From the human T2T-CHM13v2.0 reference genome, Homo sapiens, in assembly GCF_009914755.1 (NCBI RefSeq), contig NC_060947.1: a stretch of 64,000 bases of DNA, one strand, 5' to 3'. Each line of letters begins with the position of its first letter. Position 1 is the first letter of the stretch. Under the pieces are notes generated by a model. That model saw only the letters and a list, made by a program, of their open reading frames with translations. It made no database searches and had not been told where the DNA came from. The position numbers and the translations under genes were made by a program. Below are positions 28,501 through 44,563 of the stretch, piece by piece.

Positions 28501-31496
28501 ATGTAAAAGGCCTTTATATATTTTATCTTTTTAGATCCTGTTTTGGGGATTTTTTTTTTTAATTGACTGAAACTTTTTAAAAATTATGTGCGTGGTCACT
28601 TTGTTCACTTTCTTTCTTGAAAATTGTTCTCTTATTAATATTTATTCTTACTTCACCTATTTATGTTTCCTTTTTTACCATTCTTTAGTCTCTTTTGCAT
28701 TGCATTATCTTGTCTTTTTAGCTTTTCGGGGGGGTACCAGAAATTACTTTGTATTATTAAAAAACTTGAACTTGGTATGTATAATGGCATTATAAGCAGT
28801 GATCCAGTTATAAGATAGAGACTAAATTGAAAACAACCTATGTGAATTAAATTGGTCTTTTTATAAATCTTATGGTAAATTTCTACAATTTTGTGTTACC
28901 TTGGAGTCCACTTTGAAATCATCCTATAACCCATCCAAACTTTTTACAAAGGCTTAAATTCTGTCTCTTTACATGCTTTGAGGTGTACATTTTCTACCTT
29001 GTTTCATCTAAGAGTTGTGCTTTAAAAACACAAAAATTAGGATTGCCTAGCTAATAATCGTAGGGCAGTAAAACAAGTAATGAAAAGAGCAAATAAAAAA
29101 ACTATTTAAAATTGACAAATAAAGAATATTATAAATCTGTAACACCTGCTTCTGTCTGTGTGTTTTCATGTCTATGTGTTTATACATGTCATGTATATGT
29201 GATGCTTCACTATCAGAATACACGAAAGAGCTCTAATTTATTGGCTCAAAGAAAAAAGTAGGTACTTAAATCAAATATTTTACCAAAAAATAGAAACTTT
29301 AACTCAAATGCCTTTTAGTTCATGCGACTTTAGTAAACTTTGGTGAATAAAGATTGTTTTAAAATTATTGGTAAAATAAAAATAAATGTCTTCAAAATTT
29401 AATGTAGACATTTGGCCTGAATTGGTCAGGCAGGTCAGATACTGTTTTGCTATTTTAAGGTCATAAACTGCTTTTGTGACATTTTTGAAAATTCTTTAAC
29501 TTGTCCATCTAAGAGCCATTACATTCTAGGATCTACACAAATTGTCATAGAAATGCCTGGGGACATATGGAGTTGTCCCTGGCCTATTTGTGACTCCTGT
29601 CTATGCTGTGAAGGGTCAGTATTACCTGCAGTTCTGTCTTTTGTCCTGTGCTCTGCATGTGATATATAAATACAATTTCTTACCTCTTAGGTTTTTCACT
29701 AAAAATAAGAATTACTAACAGTTAACATTATAACAAATAAATGCAATTAAAACTACCAAACATAAGAGAAACAATTATGTATCCAAAGCAAATAAAAAAA
29801 GTAAGATGTGTTTTCGGTAAAAAGTTTATGAAAATGCATGGGAATATGTTTTTTTTTTAAAGGAAAGAAAAGAGGCTTTTTAAAGGATTATTTTTTAATT
29901 GAAGAAATAAAAGAATGATGGTTAAAACTGAATGGATATAGAAAGTTAGTAAAGAAAGAATTGGAAAAATTGTAAAAGCTTATAAAGGTTTATGAGAATC
30001 TTACCTTGTGTTCAAACTGATATTGGAAGGATTTGTTTATAAGATTTTATTAAAACTAGGATTAGCATTAACACACTAATGAAAAGGTAGAATATGGTTT
30101 TTCCCGTTTGAACAAAATCTTTGTGTAATATAAATAAGAGATAATAAAAAGTTTTGTGTACCTTTTCAGTAAACTGCAAAAACAAAATAAAGTGGAGCAG
30201 GGAGAAACAGATTCAGTTGGCTTCACACCATCTTGATCAGCTCTTATTTTTTGGGAAATTTTCTTCTCTCTATCAATAAATAAAGTTTTTTTTTCTTTTT
30301 AAATCTTTGAATTACCATTTTGGCTCAGTGAGTGACTTATTTTACAGTAACATGTAACCCAATTTTTTGATATCAAGTGTTTTAAACCTCTGATATTATA
30401 ATTTTTAAATCAAAATTTCAACTTTTATACTGTCTTTTGACCTCAAATTATTTGCTTTTGGATATTAGTGTTCCTGAAGTCCAGGAGAGACATATCTGCT
30501 TATTTAATATGTTAAATCATTCAGGAAGCATTGTCAAACATGAAATGGAGTTTAACTTTCTGTGAATTATATTTACATAAATGTGTAAGTAATGTCTGTT
30601 ACAAAATTGTACAAAATCCCTAAAATTCTTATGCCTTAGTATACGTTATAAGTAATAATTACGATTATTATGTTAAATTGCTTTGTGCCATAGAAATAGC
30701 CAAATTTCCTTTTCGATTGTGTCTTTAACTATAACTGTTCTAAGACTTTTATCATCAACCAACAATTATTGTTTTACTCTTATTTTTCCCCCCCAGAAAA
30801 GTGGTTTATGATTAGCTACAGCCCAAAACTTGCTTCTTTAGGGGAATTCATGAAAAAGACTCTGATAGGTGCTCTTGAAGGCAGGTTTCTGATAACTTTG
30901 GATATTGTGCCACTAGATTAGAGAGAAAACTTGCAATAATCTCATTGCAATGCTGATGTGTGCATGACTCTTGGCCCAATGTTGAGTAACACAGGAGTTA
31001 ATTGCATGGACTGAACTAATAGAAAATGGAAATAATATTTTTTAATTCTCCAGTCCGGACTTCTGATTAAATCATTTTTATAACATTTTTGTTTGAAACA
31101 TTGTTGATTCTTTTTCTGTTTCAGATATAAGAAAACTTTTTTCTTTGAAATATTTGGAGATTTTAACAATTGAGTAAAGTATGCTACTGTGAGCCAAATC
31201 TGAATCCTATTTTTTACCTGATTTCTCCAGAATTTTAAAACTATTTATGAGTATTTTTTAATTTATGTCAATATAGTTATTTACATAAGTTTAACAAGAA
31301 TCTGTTTGTGTGTGTGTGTGTGTGTGCAGGAAACCATTGGAAACCCTGGTTATTTTACCAAGACTTTGACCAGAATGGCATAGTTTCAGTTCTGACTGTC
31401 TTGAGAAATTGAGATTGACTTTACAGAGCTGATAAAAGTCCTTTAGAAGGGTTGGCCTTGTACCTTGTCTACACATTTCCTCGACAGGTTTCCTGA

Positions 31497-34453
31497 AATA
31501 GATAGAAAAATATTCTAAGTTCATGAATAAGAAAAATTAATATTGCTAAAATGTCCATAATACCCACAGTGATCTACAGATTCAATGTAACCTCTATAGA
31601 ATTTTTAATGTAACTTTTTAAAGAAATAGAAAAACCAGTTTTAAAATTTATATGAACACAGGAAAAACCCTAAATAGCCAAGGAAATTTTGAGCAAAAAG
31701 GACAAAGACAGAGCTATCACACTACCTGATTTAAAACTATATTACAAAGTCATTTTACTTAAAACAGAACGGTAGTGGCATCAAAATAAATATATTAACC
31801 AATGTGACAAAATAGAGAGTTCAGAAAAAACTCACACATTTATGGTAAACTGCTTTTCAGTAAAGGTGCCAAAAATACAAAATGGAAAAAGGAGAAATCT
31901 GGGTATCTACAAGTAGAACAAGGAGATTGGATCCTTATCACACACTATATGCAAAAATCAACTCAAAATGAATTAAAGACTTAAAGTTAGACATGAATAT
32001 AGAAAATTACTAGAAGAAAACATAAAGAAAAATGACATAATATTAGTTTGGGCAATAATATTTTTAGGTTTGATTCCAAAAGCTCAGGCAATTAAAACAA
32101 AAATAGACAGATGTGATTAAACCAAATGTTTAAACAATAATTAACATCAATCTTTCTCAAAGTTTTCCAAATAATAGAAGAAAAATATTTTCTAACTTAT
32201 TGTGAGAGGCCAGTATTATTAGCCTGATACCATAGCCAGATGAAAATTTCACAAGAGAAAACCAAAACGAAACCCAAACTACAGACCATATGCCTTATTA
32301 CTATAAACACAAAAATCTGTAAAAAAAAGAAAAAAAAAGCAGTAAAACAAAATACGGCAACATAAAGAAAAGATTATATACACCTATAAAAAGTGATATT
32401 TTTCCCAGGAATGCAAAACTGTGCCAATATATGAAAAAAATAATAAACATATTTCTCCATATCACAAAATAAAGACCAAAACTCACATGATCATATCAAT
32501 AGATGCAGAAAAAGCGTTTGGCACAATACAACACTTCTTCAGAATAAAAGCAATCAACAAACTATAATAGAAGAAAACTTCTTTGAATTAATAAAGTTTA
32601 TCTACAAAAAACATACAGCAAACATCACATTTACTAGTGCAAGTGAATTATCTTATTTTTTCTATAATCAGGAAAAAGAGTGATGTACACTGTCTTCACT
32701 TCTATTCAGCATTATACTGGAAGGTCTAGACAGGGCAATCAGTAAAGAATATAAAATAAAAGGCAGTCATCATCTTGCCTATAGAAAATCCTAAGGAATT
32801 TACACAAACACAGACACACAAAAGAAATTATTAGAACTAATAAATGAGGTCAGCAAATTTAGTATAAAATATAAATATATAGAAATCAATTATATTTTTA
32901 TATACTAGCAATGAGCAATTCAAAAAATATTAAGAAAATATATTTATTTACAGTAGCATCAAAAAGAATACAATGCTTTAGCATTAATTTAACAAAATAA
33001 GTGTAAAACTTGAACTCTGAAAGTTACATAACACTGTAGAAATAATTTAAAGGTCAAAATATTTGAAAATACATGTCATATTATAAATTGGAAGATTTAA
33101 TATTCTTAAAATAACAATAGTTACTAAAATGATCAATGTATTCAATGCAAACCCCATCAAAATTTCTTCTGACTTCGCAAAAATTGCTAAACTTGTCCTA
33201 AACTTCTTATATAAATGCAAACAATTCAGGCTATTCAAAACAATTTTGATAAAGAAGAACAAAGTTGGAGGACTCACATTTCTTGATTTCATGTCTACTA
33301 CAAAGCTACAGCAATCAAAGCAGTGTGGTACTGGCAAAGATCGATTATATATTGATTATATATAGATTAATAAAATAAAAATAATAAGAAAAAACTGTGA
33401 CATTTATTGTGACTTGATTGTTGGCAAGGGTGACAAAATAATTCTATGTAGAGAAAATATTCTTTTATCAAATGATACTGGGTAAATTCTATATCTAGAA
33501 AAAGAATAAAGTTGCAATCCTATCTCATAAGAAAAAAAAAAGTTGGCTCAAAATATACCATGTTCTTAAATACAAGAGCTGAAATAACAAAAATATTACA
33601 TTGACATATAAGCATATCTTTTTTACCTTAGATGAGGCAATAACTTCTGAAATATGACACCCATAGAACAAGCAGCAACAACAACAACAACAACAAAAAC
33701 AAATAACATATTGACTTTATTTAATTTTTTTTTAAATTTGTCCTGCAAAGACACCATCAGGGCAGTGAAAAACAACCCACAGAAGGAAAAATTTACTTCT
33801 GATTAAGTACATGTATCTAGAATGTACTCTTGAAACCAAAAAACAAAGAGATGAATAAACACAATTAAAAATAGGCAAAATATTTGAATAAACATTTATC
33901 TGATAAAGGTATTAAATAGTAATTAAGCTCATGAGAAAGTGTTCAACATTATTAGTCATCAGGGCAATTAAAATTAAAACCACAATGAAATATTACTTCA
34001 CTCCCCAATAAGATGGTTGTAATAAAAAAGATAGACAATGACAAGAATTGTCCTTAATATGACAAAAGTGGAGCCCTCATATATTGCTGGTAATGTAAAA
34101 TGGTACAGCTGCTTTCGAAAACAGTTTACAGTTTCTTACAAAGTTAAACTTAGGGTTACCACACAACCCAGAAATTTCACTCTTAGGTATATGCCCAAAA
34201 TAATTAAAAACATATGTCACAAAAAACTTATAAATTGATGTTTATAGCAGCATTATTCATGATAGCTAAAAGGTGAGAACATTGCAAATTCCAATCAAAT
34301 GGTGAATGAAGAAATAAATATGGTATATTCATACAATGGAATATTATTCAGCCACAAAAAGAAATGATACATGCTGTAATATAGGTGAACCTTGAAAACA
34401 TTGGACTAAGTTATAGAAACCAGACACAAAAGGACACTTGTATGATTCCCTTT
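31497..34453 (+). mobile_element. Old L1M ORF2/3'UTR fragments (at least two pieces, break near 32120)
   Basis: Degenerate ORF2 text (ATAGATGCAGAAAAAGC; ORF 33129 FNANPIKI...NKVGGLTFLDF) and an L1MB/ME-like 3'UTR. Confidence 0.85.
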
Positions 34454-35025
34454 TGTGATGGTTAATACTGAGTGTCAACTTGATTGGATTGAAGTATACA
34501 AAGTATTGATCCTGGGTGTGTCTGTGAGGGTGTTGTCAAAGGAGATTAACATTGAGTCAGTAACCTGGGAAAGGCAGACCCACCCTTAATCTGGGTGGGC
34601 ACAATCTAATCAGCTGCCAGCACAGCTAGAATATAAGCAGACAGAAAAATGTGAAAAGAGAGACTAGCCTGGCTTCCCAGCCTACATCTTCCTCCTGTGA
34701 TGGATACTTCCTGCCCTCAAACATGGGACTCCAAGTTCTTCAGTTATGGAACTCGGACTGGCTCTCCTTGCTCTTCAGCCTGCACATGACCTATTATGGG
34801 ACTTTGTGATTGTGTGAGTTAATACTTAATAAACTCCCCTTTATATATATATATATATACATACACACATATATATACATATATATTCATATGTATATAT
34901 CATATATATTTATAGTTATCTTGTAACTGATGTAAAGTCCATAAGCAATAATAACAAAACTATATATATCTATATACCAATACATTCCATTCTTTCTGTC
35001 CCTCTAGAGAACCCTGACTAATACA
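34454..35025 (+). mobile_element. MLT2A LTR (HERV-L 5' LTR) with an internal (TA)n expansion
   Basis: TGTGATGGTTAATACTGAGTGTCAACTTGATTGGATTG ... GAGAACCCTGACTAATACA. Confidence 0.95.
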
Positions 35026-35225
35026 GATTTTGGTACCAGGAAGTGGTTCTAGAAAAACAGAATATTAAGGATGGAGTTATTTTCTTGGTTTTGGGGCTTC
35101 TGGAGTTGGCTGTTTAATATGATTAGACCCAGGAATGCTAAGGACTCTATTTCTGATAATATGGAGAACACTGATAGTCTTTGGCCTGAACTGTTTAGAG
35201 AGTTATGCAAAATAAAAGCATATGA

Positions 35226-35228
<3 letters not shown>
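35026..35228 (+). mobile_element. HERV-L internal start (PBS plus gag N-terminus), truncated
   Basis: GATTTTGGTACCAGGAAGTGGTTCTAG PBS. ORF 35071 reads GFWSWLFNMIRPRNAKDSISDNMENTDS. Confidence 0.9.
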
Positions 35229-35504
<276 letters not shown>

Positions 35505-35509
35505 TTAAT

Positions 35510-37359
35510 CCAAATAAAAGCAATACAAAACAATATGGCTCTTATCACAATACTAATTGAATTTCATAATATACAAAATATTTTTACACTATAGCTCCTT
35601 TTTCTGTCTTTCTCCTTTTGTACTATCTTTGCCTTGTAAATTACAACTTCATAGCTTATTAGCTCATCAAAACAGTTTTATAATTGTTGCTCTATGCACT
35701 TTACATCAGTTACAAGAAAAAAATATACAATAAAAATACATTTATGCTACGTTAAATTTATTAAGTTGGTGCAACTTTTAATGGCAACAACCGCAATTAC
35801 TTTTGCACCAAACTAATACCTGTGTACTTACCAACACCAGTCTATTTACTCCTGGGGATTTTAGTTTTTGTCTATTGTCCTTTCATTTCAATCTGAAAGC
35901 TTCCATTTAATATTTATTTTAGACAGGTTTGCAAAACATAAATTCTCTGTTGTTTATTTTAAATCTAGAAATATCTTCAGTTCTCCCTCAATTTTGAAGT
36001 ATAGTTTGCTTTACAAAAAAAAAATCTGGTTGATAGTCTTTTTCTTACAGCACATTGAATATTTCATTCCTCTCTGTCTTTTGCCCTCCATGATTTTTGA
36101 TGAGAAGTCAAATGTTAATCTTATGAGGTTCTTTTGTCTATGATAAGTGAGTTTTATCTTGCTGCTTTTAAGATTCTATATTTGTCTTTGGCTTATGATA
36201 ATTTACTGTAATGTATCCAGATGTGAATGGTTTTCTGTTTATCTAATTGCAGTTTTTTTGAGCTTTTTGGATGTGAACATTAATATTTCATTTTTGGCAA
36301 AAATTTTTGGTCATTATTTCTTCAAATATTTTTCTTAGTGTTTTCTCTATCCTGTCCATCAGATTTCCATGTTGCATACTTTGATATACTTATTTGTGGC
36401 CCACATGTCTCTAGGGTTCTGTTTCTTTTTTGTTTGTTTGTTGTCTTTCTGTTTCTTAGACTGGATAATCTCAATTGACTAGTTTTCAAGTTTGATGATT
36501 CTGTCTTTTTCAGTTGAAATCCATTGTTGAGCCACTTCAGTGATTTATTTTTCATTTCAATGTTTGTACTATTCAACACCAGCATATTTATTTTGTGCTT
36601 TTATACAATTATTATTTCCTTATTGATATTCTTTATTTAATATAATACCATTGATCTACTCTCTTTTGCCATCATTTTCTTTTTACATTTTTTATACTTA
36701 TATTAGGTCAACTAAATTTAATAAGTCCAATATCTGGACTTTTTCAGTACCAGTTTCTATTAACTTTTATATTTCCTGCATAGATATCTTATTTTCCTAT
36801 TTATTTGTATATCTCATATTTTTTGTTGAAAACTGGATATTTCAAATAATATAAATTGACAAATATTAAAATTATGTTCCCCTACCTCCTTTGAAGTTGT
36901 TTTTGTTTTCTTTATTTTTTATATAGTTGCGGTTAATTTTGTGGCATTCCTGTACCAATTCTGTTAAGTTTGTATTCCTTGTTATGTGTTTCCACCAAAG
37001 TTTTTCTCTGTTTAGCTTTCTGATCAGCTAATGGTTGAACAGAGGTTTCCTTAAATGACTTGAACCAATATATCATCCAAACTGCTGAGAGTTTCTCTCC
37101 ATGTGGCAGGACATGCCTTTAATACTTTGGCAGGCAGTTTACAACTCTGCCTTAGTCTGCATTTCTGGTTTGCCTAAAACCTCAAGGTCAAGTATAGGTT
37201 AAATATGTTAACTTTCTCAGTATTTTTCTGGACATGTGCACAGCTCTTCAATGTGCATAGAATTATACATCCCCAGGAATATGTTGGAGCTTTCAAAAGT
37301 TCTCTATGGGCAACTTATATCCCAACTTTTTCCTGTTAGATTTTTAGTCAGCCTTGAGA
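35510..37359 (-). mobile_element. Old L1M 5'/ORF1 region (continues at ~38514-39000)
   Basis: Degenerate antisense ORF1 text (TGATGAGAAGTCAAATGTTAATCTTAT; CTGGATAATCTCAATTGAC). Confidence 0.75.
35761..35816. mobile_element. MADE1 (Hsmar1 MITE), internally deleted
   Basis: TTAAGTTGGTGCAA ... CCGCAATTACTTTTGCACCAAACTAA, flanked by TA on both sides. Confidence 0.88.
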
Positions 37360-37370
37360 TAGCCCCAGTT

Positions 37371-38502
<1,132 letters not shown>

Positions 38503-39395
38503 TAGCCCCAGTTCTTAACATCACTTCATTCAGCTGTGACATTGAACAGTTTGGTTTAAAAACAAAAAATTCTGTGGTGACAGGGTGGTTCTCACAAAGT
38601 GTTCTCTGAGTAAGGTAAACTAAAGAAAATGCTTCAGAATGTAGCTTTTCATTGAGCGGCCAGATATGTCAAACAGTGACAGTTCTCTAGGGATGGGGTT
38701 TTTGGGGAGTGCCAAACACTTTCTGCCTCCTCTTGTGGCTGCTATGCTCTTGTTTTTCACAATTACCAAAGCTGTTCATTTTAGAAACTGCTGGAGAGCT
38801 CAGGAGAGAGAAATGTAAATAGAGTAAGTTAAAATGCCACAAAGCTCACTACTCTTACCAAGGTTCAGCTAATTCCTTGAATAAATGTTCCCCATTTCCG
38901 AATTTCTGAAAAAGTTGATTTTGGCAATTTTATAGTGTTCTAATTACTTTTATTAAGAAACACACTTTCAAAGCATTTACAGTGCCATCCCAGAAATGCT
39001 TCACTTCAATATAATTTTATATAAGTATTTTAGTTATAGTTTTTTATATCCTATATTTTATGATTTCAATTTCTGATATCATTGTGTAGTTAATTCTGTC
39101 GTATTTTTTCTGTTGCATCTCAATCATTGCAGCTTTTCATGTATTTGCTGATTTTTTTATTAGCTGATACATTTAAATTTAAAAAACTATTAGAATCATT
39201 CCTCACAGGTGATATTTATAAGGTCACAAATAAATGTATACCCTCTAACTTCTCCTTAGCCCATTCCTTTAGAGTTACTGCTTTTATGAGTCACTGCTAC
39301 TTACTAAATTAGTAAGTTTTGGAAAAATATATTATAGAGAACCCTTGTGAAAATGAAAAAATGATTCATCTTCATTTCCCTGATGAAGCCTGGTC

Positions 39396-39573
39396 TTTTT
39401 TTATTTTTATTTATTTATTTATTTGAGACAGGTTCTCACTTTGTCACCCAGGCTGGACTGCAGTGGAGTGATGTCAGCTCACTCACTGCAGTCTCTGCCT
39501 CCTGGGCTCAAGTGAACCTCCCACCTCAGCCTCCTGAGCAGCTGGCATTACAGGTATAGGCTTCCATGCCCAG
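39396..39573 (-). mobile_element. FRAM/AluJ right monomer
   Basis: Single right arm with TSD TGATGAAGCCT (39381-39391 / 39574-39584). Confidence 0.88.
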
Positions 39574-39849
39574 TGATGAAGCCTATTCTTTAATTCATTT
39601 TTTTCAATATCCTTTAGCATTAATCGAAGGAGCTGAGAACTACGTACATGTTCCTTGACATTGTTTACACCTGACAGCACTGATTTCTTTTTTTTGTTTG
39701 TTGGTTTGTTTAAGGTTTGTTATGTAGCACTTATTTCTTATAATCTCTTATTTAGACTAATGGTTATTATACATTGCTAATAATTATAATGTACTGAGCA
39801 ACTTATGTTATTACAAATTTTATTACTACTGCTTCTCTTCCCTCCTGCC

Positions 39850-40960
39850 ATAGTATTTCAGTGGGTTTGATGGGACTGGTCTTATTTGGCATTGCCTCTG
39901 AACTCAGGCTAACCTATAGAATCCAGAACAAGCCCCTGGTGTAGTGGATAGTGTCAGTACTTGTATGTTTTGGAAGATAGACTGTTAGTCTATGTCTGTC
40001 TCAGAGTGGGACCAGAGGCTCCAGAGATCGATCCTGTATTTATTTCTACACCTACTGAATGCATAGTTAAAATAAAAATACTTGTCAAAAAATAAATAAA
40101 TCTACATTGGGTACCTGGTCAATCTAGTGAGCATTATTGTGGTAGAAAAGTCTAAGTGCAAGACCTTGCATCCAACCCTCCCTACTAACAGAGTTGACCA
40201 AAACAATGTCACATTGCTGAGTGAATCGCAGAGGTTAGTATCTTCATAAGAAACTTGGAAGATGCAGGTATAGTGATTCCCGTTTTAACTCAATTATTTC
40301 ACATGTATGCAAGACCTCTGAATCTTATAATAGTATAACAAACCTGATCAAGTGTTGTGTACAATTGCTACTGGACCCTTACAGAAACGAAATTCTTGAC
40401 CATGAATTTAATATGACCCTAAGAACCGAACTATCTATAATAAACTGGATGCCATTTGTTACACCAAACCATAAAGTTACTCATAATGAAGCTCCTGAAG
40501 GCACAAGAAAGCTACATGAACAAGTTGCTCAAACTCTCATTATAATACCTATCTTTGCTACATTGTCATATATTCCTTAACACACACCTATGGCTTCATG
40601 GGAAGTTCCTTAAAGCCAGTTAAGAAAGAATAAAAATATACAAGCTTGATTTAAAGATAGTTCTGCAGGCAAAACCAGCATCAGCTGAGTTGATTGCTGC
40701 AGTATTATGGGCCTTGTGAGGGTGACTCAGAAAGCCAAAGAGGATGAGAAATTTTCATAGTAAGCAGAACTTTGATCATTACATTTGATTGCTCAATTTT
40801 TGGAGCTGGAGAGATACATTCAGAAATATTACTACTTCATTGGCATTGTCTTATGGTTTGTCTGCGTTTCAAGAGGCTTGTAAAAAACAGATTGGAGAAT
40901 TGGTGACAAGGAGGTTTGAGAAAGAGGTAGGATGATAGGAAGAGGATAATGATTTGAGAA
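39850..40960 (+). mobile_element. Ancient ERVL pol remnant (protease/RT/RNase H pieces)
   Basis: APEGTRKLHEQVAQ (ORF 40365), WEVP..QL, A.FKDSSA and DWRIGDKEV match ERVL pol motifs (GPEGTSKLHEEVAQ, WFTDGSA, DWKIGDKEVW). Confidence 0.8.
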
Positions 40961-40967
40961 TGGATCC

Positions 40968-41450
40968 TGTTATGAGTTGAACTGTGTGATACCCAGATTC
41001 ATATGTTGAAGTCTTAATTCCTAGTACCTAAAATATGACCTTATTTGGAAATGGGCTAATCAAGGAAAAGGGAGGTCATGGGGAGTTCCTAATCCAATGA
41101 GACTGATGTCCTTATTAAATGGGGAAATTTGTATACAGTTGTTCATAGAGAAAACACGATGTTAAGAGACATAAGGAGATGCCATCACAAGCCAATGAGA
41201 AAGGCCAGAAGCAGACACTTCCCTCTCAGCTCTTGTAAGGAAGCAACCCTAATGACAAGTTGATTTTGGACTTCCGGCCTTAATATCTGTAAGACAAAAA
41301 ATTTATATTGTTTATGCTACCCAGTCTGTAGGACTTTGCAATGGTAGCCCCAGCAAACTGATATAGATTCTAGTAATGGGAAGTGTGATGCTTGTGTAAC
41401 AAATACCTAACAATGTGGAAATGGCTTTAAACTGGATTACAGGCAGAGTG
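40968..41450 (+). mobile_element. MLT1A/B/C-type LTR (40968-41365) plus start of MLT1-int
   Basis: TGTTATGAGTTGAACTGTG...GACCTTATTTGGAAAT...GCAAACTGATATA, followed by internal-type TGTAACAAATACCTAACAATGTGGAAATGGCTTT. Confidence 0.85.
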
Positions 41451-42493
41451 GTATCAAAATACCAGCTGAAAATATATTACATACATAAACTATCCTCTTT
41501 TTAATTTGAGAAAATTTCTTCTAATTTAAAATATACAACCTCTCTTAAAAACAATAGCCTATTCTGCTTACAGTTCTTTAGTTTGATATCACATTAAAGA
41601 AGATTCCTAAATTTTTTCTCCAAATTTGTTCTATAGTAACTGAATATTCATAAATGTATGCATGTAGGTGGCTTCCTTTTAAGAATGCACTGCTCATGAA
41701 AGTTTACTTCCAGCTAGGATGGTAATCTTTTGCATTCTTGTTGTTAATGTGTGTGCTTGAGTGTGTATTTGTCATAAATTAGTTTTCCTCAATCACCAGG
41801 ATATTTTTTGGCTTCCGTAATTGTCATCTCAATTTGTAAGGAAACTTTTTATTTTTCTATTGTGTATTTGAAAACGTTTTATACTGACTAATGCATGTTA
41901 TGTAGCATTAAGAAACCATGGTATAACCTTTGAAGATTTGTGAAACAATAATCCTGTATTTAAAAAATTCCTTTTAGCACATGTTAGTGTTATGAAAAGG
42001 TACACAAAAACTAATACGGTTTCCTGGCATGCTTCATGGCAGGGTTATACAACAGGGAGAGGAAAAGCTCAGAAGAGATCATAAGGAAATTGGAAATTTA
42101 TGCAGCTTCTAAGAGAGGGCAAGTCGTGGTTTGAATTAATGTTGTACACATTATTGATTTTGATTAAAGAGAGAGGATTTTTTTATTGAGAGAACAGAAT
42201 TAAATACAAATATTGAAGTTATTTGGACAAAAAATCTCATTGAAACTTTCAATAGCTGTGTCAATCTACGTCTTTTTTGTCAACGTATGTATTTTTAAAA
42301 TTGCCTGTGTGACAAGAAAATAATCAAATTTTCTGAACTTGGTTCTTACTACTTTAAAAATAATTTAGATATGTAACCCTTTAATGGTCATATTTCGATC
42401 TTTGGTCTGTCACTTAATATTGTATTGTATTTTCTAATCTATAGCTAATAAGAATAGGATATTGTAAATTCCAATTAAAATATATTAACCAGG

Positions 42494-43192
<699 letters not shown>

Positions 43193-43831
43193 CAAGTAAA
43201 AATATTGTTCAGCATTCTACAATTGAGGTTGTTCCATTTAGGACTATATGTGCTATATGCAGACAGGTTTACATTTTTAAATATACAAATATTTTAGCTA
43301 GTGCTTTTTGAACTTTTTCACTAAAGGGCAATGTATTTTTGAATAATAATTTTAAATAGTTTTAGAGAAAAAGAGCTTGATTAGTTCATCCATTGATCAC
43401 AAAATATCCACTGGCAGTGTACTTTACGTGTAATGTTTTGCTTTGTTTTATATTTCCATACTGTATAAAAGAACAATAAGGTATTATGGAAAACTTAAAA
43501 ACAAATGATTCATAATAAAAAATTAAAACTTTCAGATGGATTAGAAGTTCTTGAAAATGAAGTTCCAAAACGGAATTCTGTCATTTTGACAAAAAAGTAG
43601 AAAATATGATAGGGAAGATAAGAGCCTAAAAAATATTTTCAGTAATTACAATATTTGACAACTGAGCTTTAGAAAAAGAAAGTGGGAAACACAATGGAAG
43701 TAGTTATGAAAACAGTAACAGATGTGGGCCCTCTAATTTGAAGGATGTCCTGGTGGCTCCGAGTGAAAAAGACCACTGGAGAGAAATAAGCAGGTTGGGT
43801 AAAAGAAAAACAAAAATACTAATGCATATAC

Positions 43832-43878
43832 AAATTATAAAATTGTAAAATTATAAAATTGTAAAATTATAAAATTGT
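43832..43878 (+). repeat. 16-bp tandem repeat x3 (AAATTATAAAATTGTA)
   Basis: Read directly. It lies within degraded L1 ORF1-like sequence. Confidence 0.95.
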
Positions 43879-43989
43879 CTAAGACTAAGGCATAAAAAGA
43901 CAGTTCTAAAACTTCCAAGATTTACTGAGGAAGAGTATGTGTGTATGAACATACATTTAAAAGACTTACCTTACAGTGGAGCAATCTAT

Positions 43990-44350
43990 TTTACACTGTG
44001 GTAATAAACTATGTCCAAGTCTCAGTAGCTTAACAAAACTACTGTTCATATTTCTCTCAAGCAAAGTCCACTGTAGTTTCTTAGATACTCTCCAGGGCAG
44101 TTGCCCTCAATGAAGTCACAGAAAATTTGGGGCAGCTGTGATCTTATAGCACTATCTTCTAAATTTGCAGTCTCCTATAATCTTTATAGCAGGCACAGAG
44201 AGCACAAATTGGCTCCTTCATGCTTCAGTTTGTAACTGACAGTTCATTTCTACTTACATTCTCTGAACCAGAACCTATATAGTTTCTGCATACTCCAAAG
44301 AAGTTGAGAATATGGGTGACCAAAAAGGATATTTGCAAAGTATTACCATT
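43990..44350 (-). mobile_element. Old MLT1 (K-O group) LTR
   Basis: CTGTGGTAATAAAC...AAGTCTCAGTAGCTTAACAAAAC...CATTTCTACTTACATTC motifs. Confidence 0.6.
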
Positions 44351-44563
44351 CCCTGCTTTCTGGGAGACTTATTTCATCATCCACTCTATCTAACTATTTT
44401 AAAACTTTTATAAAACAAAAACATTTTTTAAAATATCTGAGAGTCCTCTTTGAATTCTCTGATTGTTTCTCTTTAAAGCAACTTGTTCTTCTCTCTTATG
44501 GAGATTGGATTGCATGAATTTGGAACTGGAAAATTTATGAATGCCAGAATATCTACTTTTTTT

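Larger units (their letters stand above)
16621..31496 (+). mobile_element. MER4-group non-autonomous internal region (outer provirus, repeatedly interrupted, no 3' LTR seen)
   Basis: Colinear pieces at 16621-17619, 19698-20415 and 28501-31496 resume across the insertions. It ends abruptly at L1 sequence. Confidence 0.7.
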
